Shown in pieces: positions 28,759-38,173 of a stretch of 64,000 nt of DNA. Position 1 is the first letter of the stretch; every line of letters begins with the position of its first letter. The notes under the pieces are model-generated. The model was not told the origin of the DNA, searched no databases, and worked only from the letters and a program-made list of their open reading frames with translations. Position numbers and translations under genes: made by a program. This DNA comes from Gammaproteobacteria bacterium (GTDB lineage: Bacteria; Pseudomonadota; Gammaproteobacteria; SZUA-229), in contig JALWPK010000050.1 in assembly GCA_026995045.1 (NCBI GenBank), positions 11,805-75,804 of the forward strand, in the 5' to 3' direction.

Positions 28759-29196
28759 ATGACCGAAACTGAAAAAACGGGTTACCCGCAGGTAACCGCA
28801 TTGAACGAAAGACGATATGACATCATGCCACTGAAAGTCAGAAAGAACCGGCGGGAGGCGCCACAATGCCCGCTGACCGAATGCATGTCACTGATTGGCG
28901 GCGCGTGGACGGCGAGCATTCTCTGGTATCTTGCCGCCGGGCCGAGGCGCTTTAATGAGTTGCGCGGCGACCTGCCCGGTATTTCAGCGAAAGTGCTCAG
29001 CAGTCAGTTGCGCGAACTTCGCAACAGGGGCGTGGTGTATCGCGAGGAAAAACCCACTTCACCACCGTCAGTGGAATACGCGTTGACCGATGCCGGCCGG
29101 GAACTGATTCCGGCGCTGGAAGTGATTATTAAAGTGGGTAAAAAACTGAAGGCGCAATCAGGGCGCAACATCACGCTTGCAAATGAGCGGCGTTGA
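28759..29196 (+). CDS. HxlR-family transcriptional regulator
   Basis: The long ORF 28099..29196 is trimmed to the ATG at 28759. The motif CPLTECMSLIGGAWTASILWYLAAGPRRFNELRGDLPGISAKVLSSQLRELRNRGVV is typical of HxlR. The gene is divergent from the GST gene. The start is uncertain (alternative MPLKVRK). Confidence 0.8.
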   Translation: MTETEKTGYPQVTALNERRYDIMPLKVRKNRREAPQCPLTECMSLIGGAWTASILWYLAAGPRRFNELRGDLPGISAKVLSSQLRELRNRGVVYREEKPTSPPSVEYALTDAGRELIPALEVIIKVGKKLKAQSGRNITLANERR

Positions 29197-29362
29197 TATT
29201 GTGTGTCACTCAGTTTCTATCAACATCGGCATACCAAACTCGACACTACGCCACACCAATAAAACAGACAACAGGCATCGCATCAACAGCTTCGCTTACG
29301 ATATCAATCAGATTAGCCGTATGGCCATGCACCTGGGTTATCGATTCTAAATCAGCAGCCGC

Positions 29363-32300
29363 TCATACATCGCTTATCTCGTTCCACAGCTTCTTCAGAC
29401 GCTTCTCCGACACCGGGAAGCGGGTTTTAAGCTCCTGCGCAAACAGCGATACACGGTACTCTTCCAGCATCCAGCGATAATGATTCAGTTGTGGTGAATT
29501 GATCTGCTGCTTGTTGGCGTGATCATGCCTTTTGCGCCATGCCTGCCACAAGTCTGCAAACGCCAGTCGCAATTGCCGGTCACGCGTTGCATTGTGCTGC
29601 GCTTTTTCCAACCGCAACCCGATTGCCCTGAGATAGCGAGGATACTGGCGCAACCACTCGGCAGGCGTGGCAGTAATGAACGATTTGGCAAACAAGTTAT
29701 CAAGTTGCAGCTGAATGTCTGACACCATGTCCAGCTGCGGCAGTAACGGGTTTTTGATTTGCTTGCTGACAGCCCGGTATTGCTGAAGGATCTCCTGCAG
29801 CAAGCCACACCACTTTTCTGCGATGTCGTATAACTGCGAGCGCCCCTGCGCCAGCCGCTGCTCAAACTGTTCAATATTTTCTACTGCCTCCTGCATAAAA
29901 ATTTCATCGATGACTTTTTCAACAATGCTGTTTTTCAGTTCGTCGCAGCCACCAAGCGCGCTGTGTTGCAAACACAGGTTTTGCATGCCGGGCAAGTCCC
30001 TGCGCAATTGTCTGATTTGATCCGGCATGGCATTGATGAACAACTGACGCAGCGCAATACGCGTTTCTGTCTGCGCCTGTTGCTGCGATTCCAGTACGCG
30101 AAGATTAACCTGCCTGCCCTGCCGCACCAGCGCCGGCCAGGCGCGAATGCTGACGCCGTGCATATCAATATCGACGGTTTCAGGCATTGCTTCCAGTACG
30201 TCCACGCCAACATTGTCCTGATGCCATGCCGATTGTTCAGTTTGGGTTTCTGACACCGCCGTCGCCGCGTCAGGCATGTCAGCCAGCTGCTGTCTCAGCG
30301 CCGCCAGATCGCGCCCCTCCGCCAGGGTCTCGCCATCCGCATCGATAACGCGAAAGTTCATGAACAGGTGTGGCGGTAATTGCTGTAACTGCCACGCGTC
30401 AAACGGCACTTGCACGCCTGTCATTTTTTTAAGCTGTGTCGCCAGCGCAGCACACAGACCCGTATTGTCCGGTGTCAGCGCCTCCACACAGGCATCGGCA
30501 AAATTGGGCGCGGGCACAAAGTTTTTACGCAGCGCCTTGGGCAGCGAGCGAATCAGCGCAACAATTTTTTCATGCAACAGGCCGGGTATCAGCCATTCAC
30601 AATGCTGTGGATTCAGCGCCTGCAAACCCGCAAGCGGCGTAATCAGGGTGACGCCATCACAATGGCGATCCGGGTCGAAGTGATATTCCAGCGGGAAACG
30701 GCAACCGTTGAACATCAGGCTGTCGGGAAACTGCTCTGAGGAGACGACCGTAGCATCATCGCGCATCAGTTGATCTCGGGTCAGCAGCAAGGCCGCAGCC
30801 TGATCGGGATGCTGCTTACACCACTTTTCCAGCTCTCTTGTCTGACTGATGTGCTGTGGCAGGCGCGCATCATAAAATTCAAACAGCCGGTTTTCATCAA
30901 TTACATCACGGCGGCGCGACTTGGCTTCCAGCTTTTCCAGTTCGGCCAGCAGCTGCCGGTTTTGCAGATAAAAATCTGCGCGGGTATCGATATCTCCGGC
31001 GACCAGCGTATCACGAATAAATATTTCACGTGCTTCATCCAGGTTGACCTTGCCATAATCGATCTTGCGCTCTGCATACACCACCAGCCCGTACAAGGTT
31101 GCCTGTTCATGCGCCACCACCTGTCCACGTTTTTTCTCCCAGTGCGGGTTGCTGGCATGCCTTTTCAGTAAATGCCTGGCGGCCTGCTCCAGCCAGCGCA
31201 CATCGATTTTGGCTGCGGTGCGCGCATACACGCGCGTTGTCTCCACAATTTCCGCCGCCATCAGCCATTTGGGTGGCGACTTGAACAGGGCCGAGCCGGG
31301 AAACACGTTAAACTTTCTGTTGTGCGCACCCTGAAAGCTTTTGTCTTCATCGCGCAAGCCGATATTCGCCAGCAGGCCTGAGAGCAATGCACGGTGGATG
31401 GCGTCGTAATCGGCTGCTGTTTTGTTGAATGTCATTTTTGCATCCAGCAGCATACGTTTGATTTGATGATGCGTGTCCAACCACTCGCGCATGCGCATCC
31501 ACGCTATATAATGCTGCTTGCACCATTTGCGCAGCTGACTGGCGGACAGCGCCTGCTTTTCTCTGTGGTATGCCTGCCACAGATTGAGATAAAAAACAAA
31601 ATCGGAATCCTTGTCGCTGAACATCGCATGTTTTTCGTCCGCTGCCTGTTGCTTGTCCATGGGGCGATCGCGCACATCCTGCACTGCCAGCGCGGAAACA
31701 ATTACCAGCACTTCGCTCAGCGCGCCTTCTTTTTCTGCCTGCAACAGCATGCGCGCCAGTTTCGGGTCGATCGGCAGCCGCGCCAGTCGCCGACCAGTGT
31801 CAGTCAGGCGGTTGTGTTGATTGACTGCGCCCAGTTCATACAGCAGTTTATAGCCATCGCTGATCAGGCGGCTTTCCGGCGGCTCGACGAAGGGAAAATC
31901 ATCGATATGCCCCAACCGCTGGTTTTCCATTTGCAGAATCACCGAGGCCAGGCTGGTGCGCTGGATTTCCGGTTCGGTGAATTCCGGCCGCTGGTTAAAG
32001 TCATCTTCATCGTATAAACGTATGCAAATGCCTTCCGATACACGTCCACAACGCCCCTTGCGCTGGTTGGCGGAAGCCTGTGAAATTTTTTCTATCGGCA
32101 GGCGCTGTATCTTGCTGCGCCAGGAATAACGCGATATGCGCGCCAGCCCGGAATCAATCACATACTTGATGCCGGGCACCGTCAGCGAGGTTTCCGCCAC
32201 ATTGGTCGCCAGCACAATGCGCCGCCACGATGAGGGATGAAAAATGCGGTTTTGCTCGGCGTTGGACAGCCGCGCCAGCAGGGGCAACACTTCAGTGTTG

Positions 32301-33253
32301 CCCCAGATTTGCGGGCGGCCACTGCGCTGCATGTGTTTGTGAATGGCGTCGCGGGTTTCGCGTATATCACGCTCGCCGCTCAGAAACACCAGCACATCGC
32401 CGCGGCTGTGCTCGCTGAGTTCTTCAATTGCATCGATGACGCCCTGCTGCAGGGTTTTGCTTTCATCAGCATCGACCTGCTGCAATGGACGGTAACGCAC
32501 TTCCACCGGCCAGGTCCGGCCGGAGACATTGATGATGGGGGCATCATTAAAGTGCCGGGAAAAGCGTTCCGGGTCAATCGTCGCCGAAGTAATAATCAGT
32601 TTCAGGTCTTTTCGTTTTTGCAGCAGACGCTTCAGATAGCCCAGCAGAAAATCAATGTTAAGACTGCGCTCGTGCGCTTCGTCAACAATGATGGTGTCGT
32701 ACTGATTGAGATACGGGTCATGCTGGCACTCGGCCAGCAAGATGCCGTCGGTCATCAACTTGATATAACTGTTGTCATTCGACTTGTCGGCAAACCGCAC
32801 CTTGTAGCCAACCGCTTCACCGAGTTCGACGTGGAGCTCTTCGGCAATGCGCTGGCTGACCGTGCGCGCGGCGAGACGGCGCGGCTGGGTATGGCCGATC
32901 TTGCCACGCACGCCCAGCCCCAGTTCGAGACAGATTTTGGGCAACTGCGTGGTTTTGCCGGAGCCGGTTTCGCCACACAACACCGTGACCTGATTCTCCC
33001 GAATCGTTTGTTTGATGCTTTCCGCCTTTTGCGAAATCGGCAGCTCCGGCGGGTAGCTCACCGGCGGGATGTTCTGCCGCCGCTGCGCCGCCACCGCAAT
33101 GGAGGCATCCACGTCGCGCTGCAACTGCGTCAGCATGGCCTGTTGCCTGTCGCGGTCACCCAGTTTGCGGATTTTTTGCAGGCGGCGGCGCAACCGGTGC
33201 ACATCGGTCAACATGCATTGTTGCAACTGTTTTTGCAGGCGGGAAAGTGTCAA
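29363..33253 (-). CDS. hrpA: ATP-dependent RNA helicase HrpA (DEAH box)
   Basis: 1296 aa with GETGSGKTTQLP, DEAHER and TNVAETSLTVPGI motifs, and the long C-terminal extension typical of HrpA. Confidence 0.95.
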   Translation of the reverse strand: MTLSRLQKQLQQCMLTDVHRLRRRLQKIRKLGDRDRQQAMLTQLQRDVDASIAVAAQRRQNIPPVSYPPELPISQKAESIKQTIRENQVTVLCGETGSGKTTQLPKICLELGLGVRGKIGHTQPRRLAARTVSQRIAEELHVELGEAVGYKVRFADKSNDNSYIKLMTDGILLAECQHDPYLNQYDTIIVDEAHERSLNIDFLLGYLKRLLQKRKDLKLIITSATIDPERFSRHFNDAPIINVSGRTWPVEVRYRPLQQVDADESKTLQQGVIDAIEELSEHSRGDVLVFLSGERDIRETRDAIHKHMQRSGRPQIWGNTEVLPLLARLSNAEQNRIFHPSSWRRIVLATNVAETSLTVPGIKYVIDSGLARISRYSWRSKIQRLPIEKISQASANQRKGRCGRVSEGICIRLYDEDDFNQRPEFTEPEIQRTSLASVILQMENQRLGHIDDFPFVEPPESRLISDGYKLLYELGAVNQHNRLTDTGRRLARLPIDPKLARMLLQAEKEGALSEVLVIVSALAVQDVRDRPMDKQQAADEKHAMFSDKDSDFVFYLNLWQAYHREKQALSASQLRKWCKQHYIAWMRMREWLDTHHQIKRMLLDAKMTFNKTAADYDAIHRALLSGLLANIGLRDEDKSFQGAHNRKFNVFPGSALFKSPPKWLMAAEIVETTRVYARTAAKIDVRWLEQAARHLLKRHASNPHWEKKRGQVVAHEQATLYGLVVYAERKIDYGKVNLDEAREIFIRDTLVAGDIDTRADFYLQNRQLLAELEKLEAKSRRRDVIDENRLFEFYDARLPQHISQTRELEKWCKQHPDQAAALLLTRDQLMRDDATVVSSEQFPDSLMFNGCRFPLEYHFDPDRHCDGVTLITPLAGLQALNPQHCEWLIPGLLHEKIVALIRSLPKALRKNFVPAPNFADACVEALTPDNTGLCAALATQLKKMTGVQVPFDAWQLQQLPPHLFMNFRVIDADGETLAEGRDLAALRQQLADMPDAATAVSETQTEQSAWHQDNVGVDVLEAMPETVDIDMHGVSIRAWPALVRQGRQVNLRVLESQQQAQTETRIALRQLFINAMPDQIRQLRRDLPGMQNLCLQHSALGGCDELKNSIVEKVIDEIFMQEAVENIEQFEQRLAQGRSQLYDIAEKWCGLLQEILQQYRAVSKQIKNPLLPQLDMVSDIQLQLDNLFAKSFITATPAEWLRQYPRYLRAIGLRLEKAQHNATRDRQLRLAFADLWQAWRKRHDHANKQQINSPQLNHYRWMLEEYRVSLFAQELKTRFPVSEKRLKKLWNEISDV

Positions 33254-33327
33254 GGCTGGACGGATAACGAATACGACAGGGGCGGCATTATAACAGCCGA
33301 ATCAGGCAGGCGAGCGACTGCGGCCTG

Positions 33328-33513
33328 TCAGATGGCCTTGTTCTTGCGCTGACCACAGCGACTGCAGCGATAGACCGTGACCAGCCGGCCAGCCTTGCTG
33401 TCGAACTCGCTGTCTTTCAGCAACACCCATTTGTGAAACCCGTTGCGGCACAGGGTGTTGCCACGATGCTTTTCCGAAAGCTTGCGTTTTTTGAACGGGA
33501 TAATGTCTGCCAT
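33328..33513 (-). CDS. small hypothetical Cys/His-containing protein (possible zinc ribbon)
   Basis: 61 aa. It has C-x4-H (CRNGFH) and CSRC pairs and a basic N-terminus. No family recognised. Confidence 0.4.
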   Translation of the reverse strand: MADIIPFKKRKLSEKHRGNTLCRNGFHKWVLLKDSEFDSKAGRLVTVYRCSRCGQRKNKAI

Positions 33514-33787
33514 AGTGTGATTTTGCCAGAAAACTGCCTGCAGCGTGATTTTTGGCTGCTGGCGAACAGCTTCCCGCCTCTGTGTCAGGGTATTTATAGC
33601 CGCGATCAGGATAACTCATCTTGAGTTTTTCGCCCGCATCCTGTGACCGGTTTCACCTTTTTGGGCCGGACTCCGCCGTTACCGGCAAAAGTGTGAACTC
33701 TGTCCAATCGCTTTTTTCAGGGTAGTCTTTACTCACACTCAACAAGAACAACAAAACACATTCACAAAAAACATTGGGGAAAACGCC

Positions 33788-34234
33788 ATGAAAAAACACA
33801 ATAACAAAAACACTTTTTACTCATCGAAAATCATCAAGGCGCTGGCTGCTGTATTCATCCTGCTGCAACTGGCTGCCTGTAACCAGGACGCCATTGTTGC
33901 ACTTGGCGGCAACGCACAGAACAGTTCAGATGCCAGCAACACATCTACGACTGTTGTAACCGGCGCGGTTGCCGCAAAACTGAGCTGGGTTGCTCCCGCC
34001 AGCCGCGCCGACAACTCACCGATTGCACTCAGCGAAATTGCCGGTTACCGCATCTACTATAAAACCTCAAATGGGGTATACCAGCGATATGCCGACATCA
34101 ACGATGCTTACACGACTGAAGTGGATATCGACGCCAACCTGCTGCCGGCCAATGCTGTTGCCGTTGTCATGACCACGGTGGATACCGGTGGCCGGGAAAG
34201 CGCTTACTCTGCTGAAGTTCTTCTGGGCGCATAA
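33788..34234 (+). CDS. hypothetical lipoprotein with FN3-like domain
   Basis: Lipobox LQLAAC. The mature part has LSWVAPASRADNSPIALSEIAGYRIYY, which is reminiscent of a fibronectin type III fold. Confidence 0.55.
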   Translation: MKKHNNKNTFYSSKIIKALAAVFILLQLAACNQDAIVALGGNAQNSSDASNTSTTVVTGAVAAKLSWVAPASRADNSPIALSEIAGYRIYYKTSNGVYQRYADINDAYTTEVDIDANLLPANAVAVVMTTVDTGGRESAYSAEVLLGA

Positions 34235-34445
34235 CCGCAACAACAATGCTTATCAAAATGTTCCGGAAGGCAGGGCGACTAATTTTTTAGGAGATTATAT
34301 AACAAACCCACAAGATTTAGTCGCTTAGAATGACAAAGCCCTCACTATGCGGGCTTCTTTTTATTCTTAGCCGCCTTTTTCTTTGGCGGTAGAGTGTTAT
34401 ACCATCTTCCTGAGCACATCGTCAGGATCAAGGGTATCTTCTGAC

Positions 34446-34907
34446 TTAATCGAGGTCGAGCTTTCGCTGTGTTTTTTCATGTGGCTTCTCAATAATAAGT
34501 CTAGGATCACCCAGCAATCCGCTTTTCTTTATCAGTTCCCCATCAAACGTATTCATCTTTTTAAGCTTGCAGGATAAAGCTGTGGCGACATGGATAGCAT
34601 CCTTTGGTCTGATGTTATGATCCCACACTAGGTCTCTTGCCATATCTGCAATATTCCGTGTCACATTTTGAACACTGATGTATGGTTGTTTGAAGAAATC
34701 GTCAATTTCCTTTCGCTTGGATATTGGAAGTTTTGGCTGTTTTTGAACATACAATACTTCTGCCAACGTAAGCGCCGATGTGACAAGCAGGATTCTACCG
34801 TCCTCTGCGGCCTCTAAGACCCCTTCGCACAAATCAACCTTATCAGGCTCTTCCTTGAAGAAGCCCAGAAACGCATCAGAATCCCAGTAGCGTTTCTCTA
34901 TAGCCAT
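34446..34907 (-). CDS. PIN-domain nuclease (VapC-like toxin candidate)
   Basis: 153 aa with conserved acidic positions in YWDSDAFL, TSALTLAEV, DAIHVATAL and TFDGELI. Its start codon overlaps the stop of the upstream gene (TAATG). Confidence 0.8.
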   Translation of the reverse strand: MAIEKRYWDSDAFLGFFKEEPDKVDLCEGVLEAAEDGRILLVTSALTLAEVLYVQKQPKLPISKRKEIDDFFKQPYISVQNVTRNIADMARDLVWDHNIRPKDAIHVATALSCKLKKMNTFDGELIKKSGLLGDPRLIIEKPHEKTQRKLDLD

Positions 34908-35653
34908 TAACCTTGCCTGAGTATACCGCGCATCTGTTTATAACTGGGGAGAGTCTCTGGTGGAGGGAAGATTGTAATGTGTTCAACCTTCACGCTTATA
35001 GGACGGCCTTCCCTGTCATACCTGATAAGCCCGTCAACTTCAACGCGCTTCTTAAATGCACCTAAAGCTTGCTGCATTAACTCCTCACTTACAGCGCACT
35101 TAACGCTTTTCCCGAATATTGGATCACACAGCCGAATCTCATAGCCATCATGTGCAGAAACCACATCCAATACGCCTTCTACAGTCCCATGATCCTCATA
35201 TTTCCAACTTAGTATTTCAGATGCGTGATTGTAGGCATTATTTGTTAATGGTACTGCCTGAGTTCTAGATAATACTCTTACAGGTATGCCATTATCAGCT
35301 CGATGAACAAGGCCGCCTAAGGACTTAATATGCTCAACTGCTTTCTCGCTGTACAAATCAGGTATCTCGGCTTCATCACTCAAAGAACCTATTCCATTAA
35401 GCACAGCATTAACTATACTGACTGATTCGATGTCTGTCAGCTTGTTAGTAGATACAGCATTTATTACCTGAGAGCCTTCTTGAACCTCTATTTCCCATGC
35501 GTCTTTGGGAAGAGAGTCTTTTACAGATTTGGTTAGTTCTCTTATCAAACCCACAAAGGATTCCACCGCTCTCAAAAAATCAGAAGCGGTCACACGCTCG
35601 TTATCTAGTTCAAGCGCTATTTGTCCTTTTACTTCATCGGGCTTAATCGCCAT
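34907..35653 (-). CDS. 248-aa protein of unknown function, translationally coupled to the PIN gene
   Basis: Clean ORF starting MAIKPDEV, with no TM segment or signal peptide. I recognise no DNA-binding antitoxin motif. The C-terminal tail is SYKQMRGILRQG. Confidence 0.65.
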   Translation of the reverse strand: MAIKPDEVKGQIALELDNERVTASDFLRAVESFVGLIRELTKSVKDSLPKDAWEIEVQEGSQVINAVSTNKLTDIESVSIVNAVLNGIGSLSDEAEIPDLYSEKAVEHIKSLGGLVHRADNGIPVRVLSRTQAVPLTNNAYNHASEILSWKYEDHGTVEGVLDVVSAHDGYEIRLCDPIFGKSVKCAVSEELMQQALGAFKKRVEVDGLIRYDREGRPISVKVEHITIFPPPETLPSYKQMRGILRQG

Positions 35654-35661
35654 GTCGGTGC

Positions 35662-36021
35662 TTAGATATTTGGTGAGCTTGAGTCCCGGTAGAGTAACCT
35701 CTTACCGACGACATCCTTTAAAGCAATTATAGACCGTTCTGCATCAGATATACCAAGGGAAGGCCGATGGTTATATCTAAAATCGAACTCACAGAGATAA
35801 CGCTTCATATGCGCCTTGGAGCAGTGTTGGAACACGCCCTTCATGCTACGCTTGAAAATGGAGGCGCAACCCTCAATCGTATTAGTGTGAATATCGCCGC
35901 GCACATATTCACCGATCCCATGCTTCACATAGTTGTGAGAAGTGAACTCGGAAATCAATGGAGTCCTAGTCAGCGTGTACTGGGCAGCTTCATCCGTCAT
36001 GATGTGGGGCAGATAGATCAC
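35662..36021 (-). mobile_element. truncated IS1595-family (ISXO2-like) transposase remnant
   Basis: Only the C-terminal ~115 aa are present: GEYVRGDIHTNTIEGCASIFKRSMKGVFQHCSKAHMKRYLCEFDFRYNHR. This matches the conserved end of the DDE_Tnp_IS1595 domain. There is no room for the N-terminal part before the next gene. Confidence 0.7.
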
Positions 36022-36093
36022 TCATGATGTAGTCCTCCAATAGGCTAATACTGACTTATTTAGTTGGGTTTATCAAGTATGCAACTGCTTTTT

Positions 36094-38049
36094 TTACGCC
36101 TGCTGTTTTTGCAACAGCAATGAACCGTTAGACAAAACATCAGCTGCCCAACCCGCCTGCAACCACGTGGTCGAGGCTGTTTCCGTAATTAACGACGGGC
36201 CTGTCACCCTGTCACCCGCCTTGAGTGAATCACGCGCTATGACCAGTGCTTCACCACTTTCCGACCTGTATACAACCGGGGCAACTGCCGCTTCGATTTC
36301 AGGCAGCGCAAACGCCGGTTCAGGAAACATTACTCTTACCCGTAAATTGACCAATTCCACCTCGATATCGAGCCTGTGGCCATAACAGGCTTCATGCTTG
36401 CGATGAAACGCCTGTTGCAGGCTCGCCAGTGATTGCCACGGCAAGTTGAGGCTGTGACTCTGCCCGTGATAGCGCAGGTCAACCTGCTGCTGCACAATAA
36501 TATCTTCGCCAGCAGGCTCGCCCTGGCATAATTCCTGTCTTGCCTGCTTGACCAGTTCCGCAAATTGTTTTTCGATGTGTTGTTCATCGCTGGCAGACAA
36601 CAAGGTATTGACACTGCGTGAACGTTCACGGCTTTGCTGCGCCGCCAGCATGCCCAGCGCAGACAGTACACCGGCATGCACAGGCGACAATGCGCGCTGC
36701 ATGCCCAACGCCTCGGCCAACGCGCACACATGCAAACCGCCGGCGCCGCCAAAACTGACCAGCGTATAATGTTTCGGGTTTTCGCCACGCTGTACCGACA
36801 TCACTCGTAACGCCTGCACCATGTGGTCGTTAACCACATCGATAATACCCTGCGCCGCCTCATGCAAACTGCAACCCAGTTTGTCGGCGATGGTTTGCAC
36901 CGCCGCTTGCGCGGCTTGCTTGTCGAGCGTCATGTTGCCGCCAAGAAACGCCTGTGGCAGCAAACGCCCCAGCACCACATTGGCGTCGGTCACCGTCGGC
37001 AAGCTACCGCCCTTGCCATAACAGGCCGGGCCGGGGTCGGCGCCAGCCGATTGCGGCCCGACCAGTAACAGGCCAGCGTCATCCACCCGGGCAATCGAGC
37101 CGCCGCCTGCGCCGATGGTATGCATATCAATCATCGGCACCGCCACCGGGTAGCCGGCAATTTCGGCCTGATGACTGAAACCGATTTCACCATCGATTAT
37201 CGACACATCGGTCGAGGTGCCGCCCATGTCGAACGTGAGCAAACGCTTGTCATCCGCCACGGTTTTTGCGCCCAGCAAACCGCCAGCCGGACCGGACAAC
37301 AGCAGATGCACCGGATAGCGCCCCGCATGTTCGACACTGGTCACGCCCGCCGAGCTTTGCATCACCGACAAATGACCGCCGGATACGCCCTGCTGCAAAC
37401 GCGCGAGATAATTCTGCATCAGCGGCCCCACCATGGCGTTGAGTGTGGTGGTCATGCCGCGCTCATACTCGCGGTATTCCGGCAACACATCGGAGGATCG
37501 CGATACAAACACCCTGTCGCCATAATGCTGCTGAATCGCCTGCTCAATGCGCACTTCTTCCGACTCATCTATAAAGGAGAACAGCAGGTTGATGGCCACG
37601 GCTTCGGGCTGCAAGGCGTCCAGCCGGTTTAACAGTTCACGCAGTTTGTCATCATCCAGTCGTGACAACAGCTCGCCTTGCGCTGACAAACGCGAATCGA
37701 CTTCCACGCATTGCTCGTGCGGCAACAGCGGCGGCTTTTTGACTGGCGTCAGGTTATACAACTCGCGTCGCGCCTGGCGGCCAATCGCCAGCACATCGGC
37801 CAGACCAGTGTTGGTGATATACACCGTTTTCACGCCCTTGCCTTCGAGAATGGCGTTGGTGGCGACCGTGGAGCCGTGGATAATCTCCAGACCCTGCGTT
37901 TGCAAGCCAAGCTCACGAATGCCCTGCAATATCGCCTGCTCCGGCGTATGCGGCGTCGACAACACCTTGTGAAGACGCAGGCTGCCGTCTTCCTGTTGCA
38001 GAAGAAAATCGGTAAAGGTGCCGCCGGTGTCTACCCCCAGAATCATCAT
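36094..38049 (-). CDS. hydantoinase A / oxoprolinase-family protein
   Basis: 651 aa with an N-terminal ILGVDTGGTFTDF and later GGPAGG/GGTSTD-type ATPase motifs. Confidence 0.85.
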   Translation of the reverse strand: MMILGVDTGGTFTDFLLQQEDGSLRLHKVLSTPHTPEQAILQGIRELGLQTQGLEIIHGSTVATNAILEGKGVKTVYITNTGLADVLAIGRQARRELYNLTPVKKPPLLPHEQCVEVDSRLSAQGELLSRLDDDKLRELLNRLDALQPEAVAINLLFSFIDESEEVRIEQAIQQHYGDRVFVSRSSDVLPEYREYERGMTTTLNAMVGPLMQNYLARLQQGVSGGHLSVMQSSAGVTSVEHAGRYPVHLLLSGPAGGLLGAKTVADDKRLLTFDMGGTSTDVSIIDGEIGFSHQAEIAGYPVAVPMIDMHTIGAGGGSIARVDDAGLLLVGPQSAGADPGPACYGKGGSLPTVTDANVVLGRLLPQAFLGGNMTLDKQAAQAAVQTIADKLGCSLHEAAQGIIDVVNDHMVQALRVMSVQRGENPKHYTLVSFGGAGGLHVCALAEALGMQRALSPVHAGVLSALGMLAAQQSRERSRSVNTLLSASDEQHIEKQFAELVKQARQELCQGEPAGEDIIVQQQVDLRYHGQSHSLNLPWQSLASLQQAFHRKHEACYGHRLDIEVELVNLRVRVMFPEPAFALPEIEAAVAPVVYRSESGEALVIARDSLKAGDRVTGPSLITETASTTWLQAGWAADVLSNGSLLLQKQQA

Positions 38050-38173
38050 GCGCGGATTTTACTGGAATCAGGAAAAAGTCTCAGTATGGCCTGTCATCAC
38101 GTGATTGGCGCGGAACAATAAACAAGCGTAATAAACACTTGCATCGCCACGCAATACCTGAATAATACCGCGC

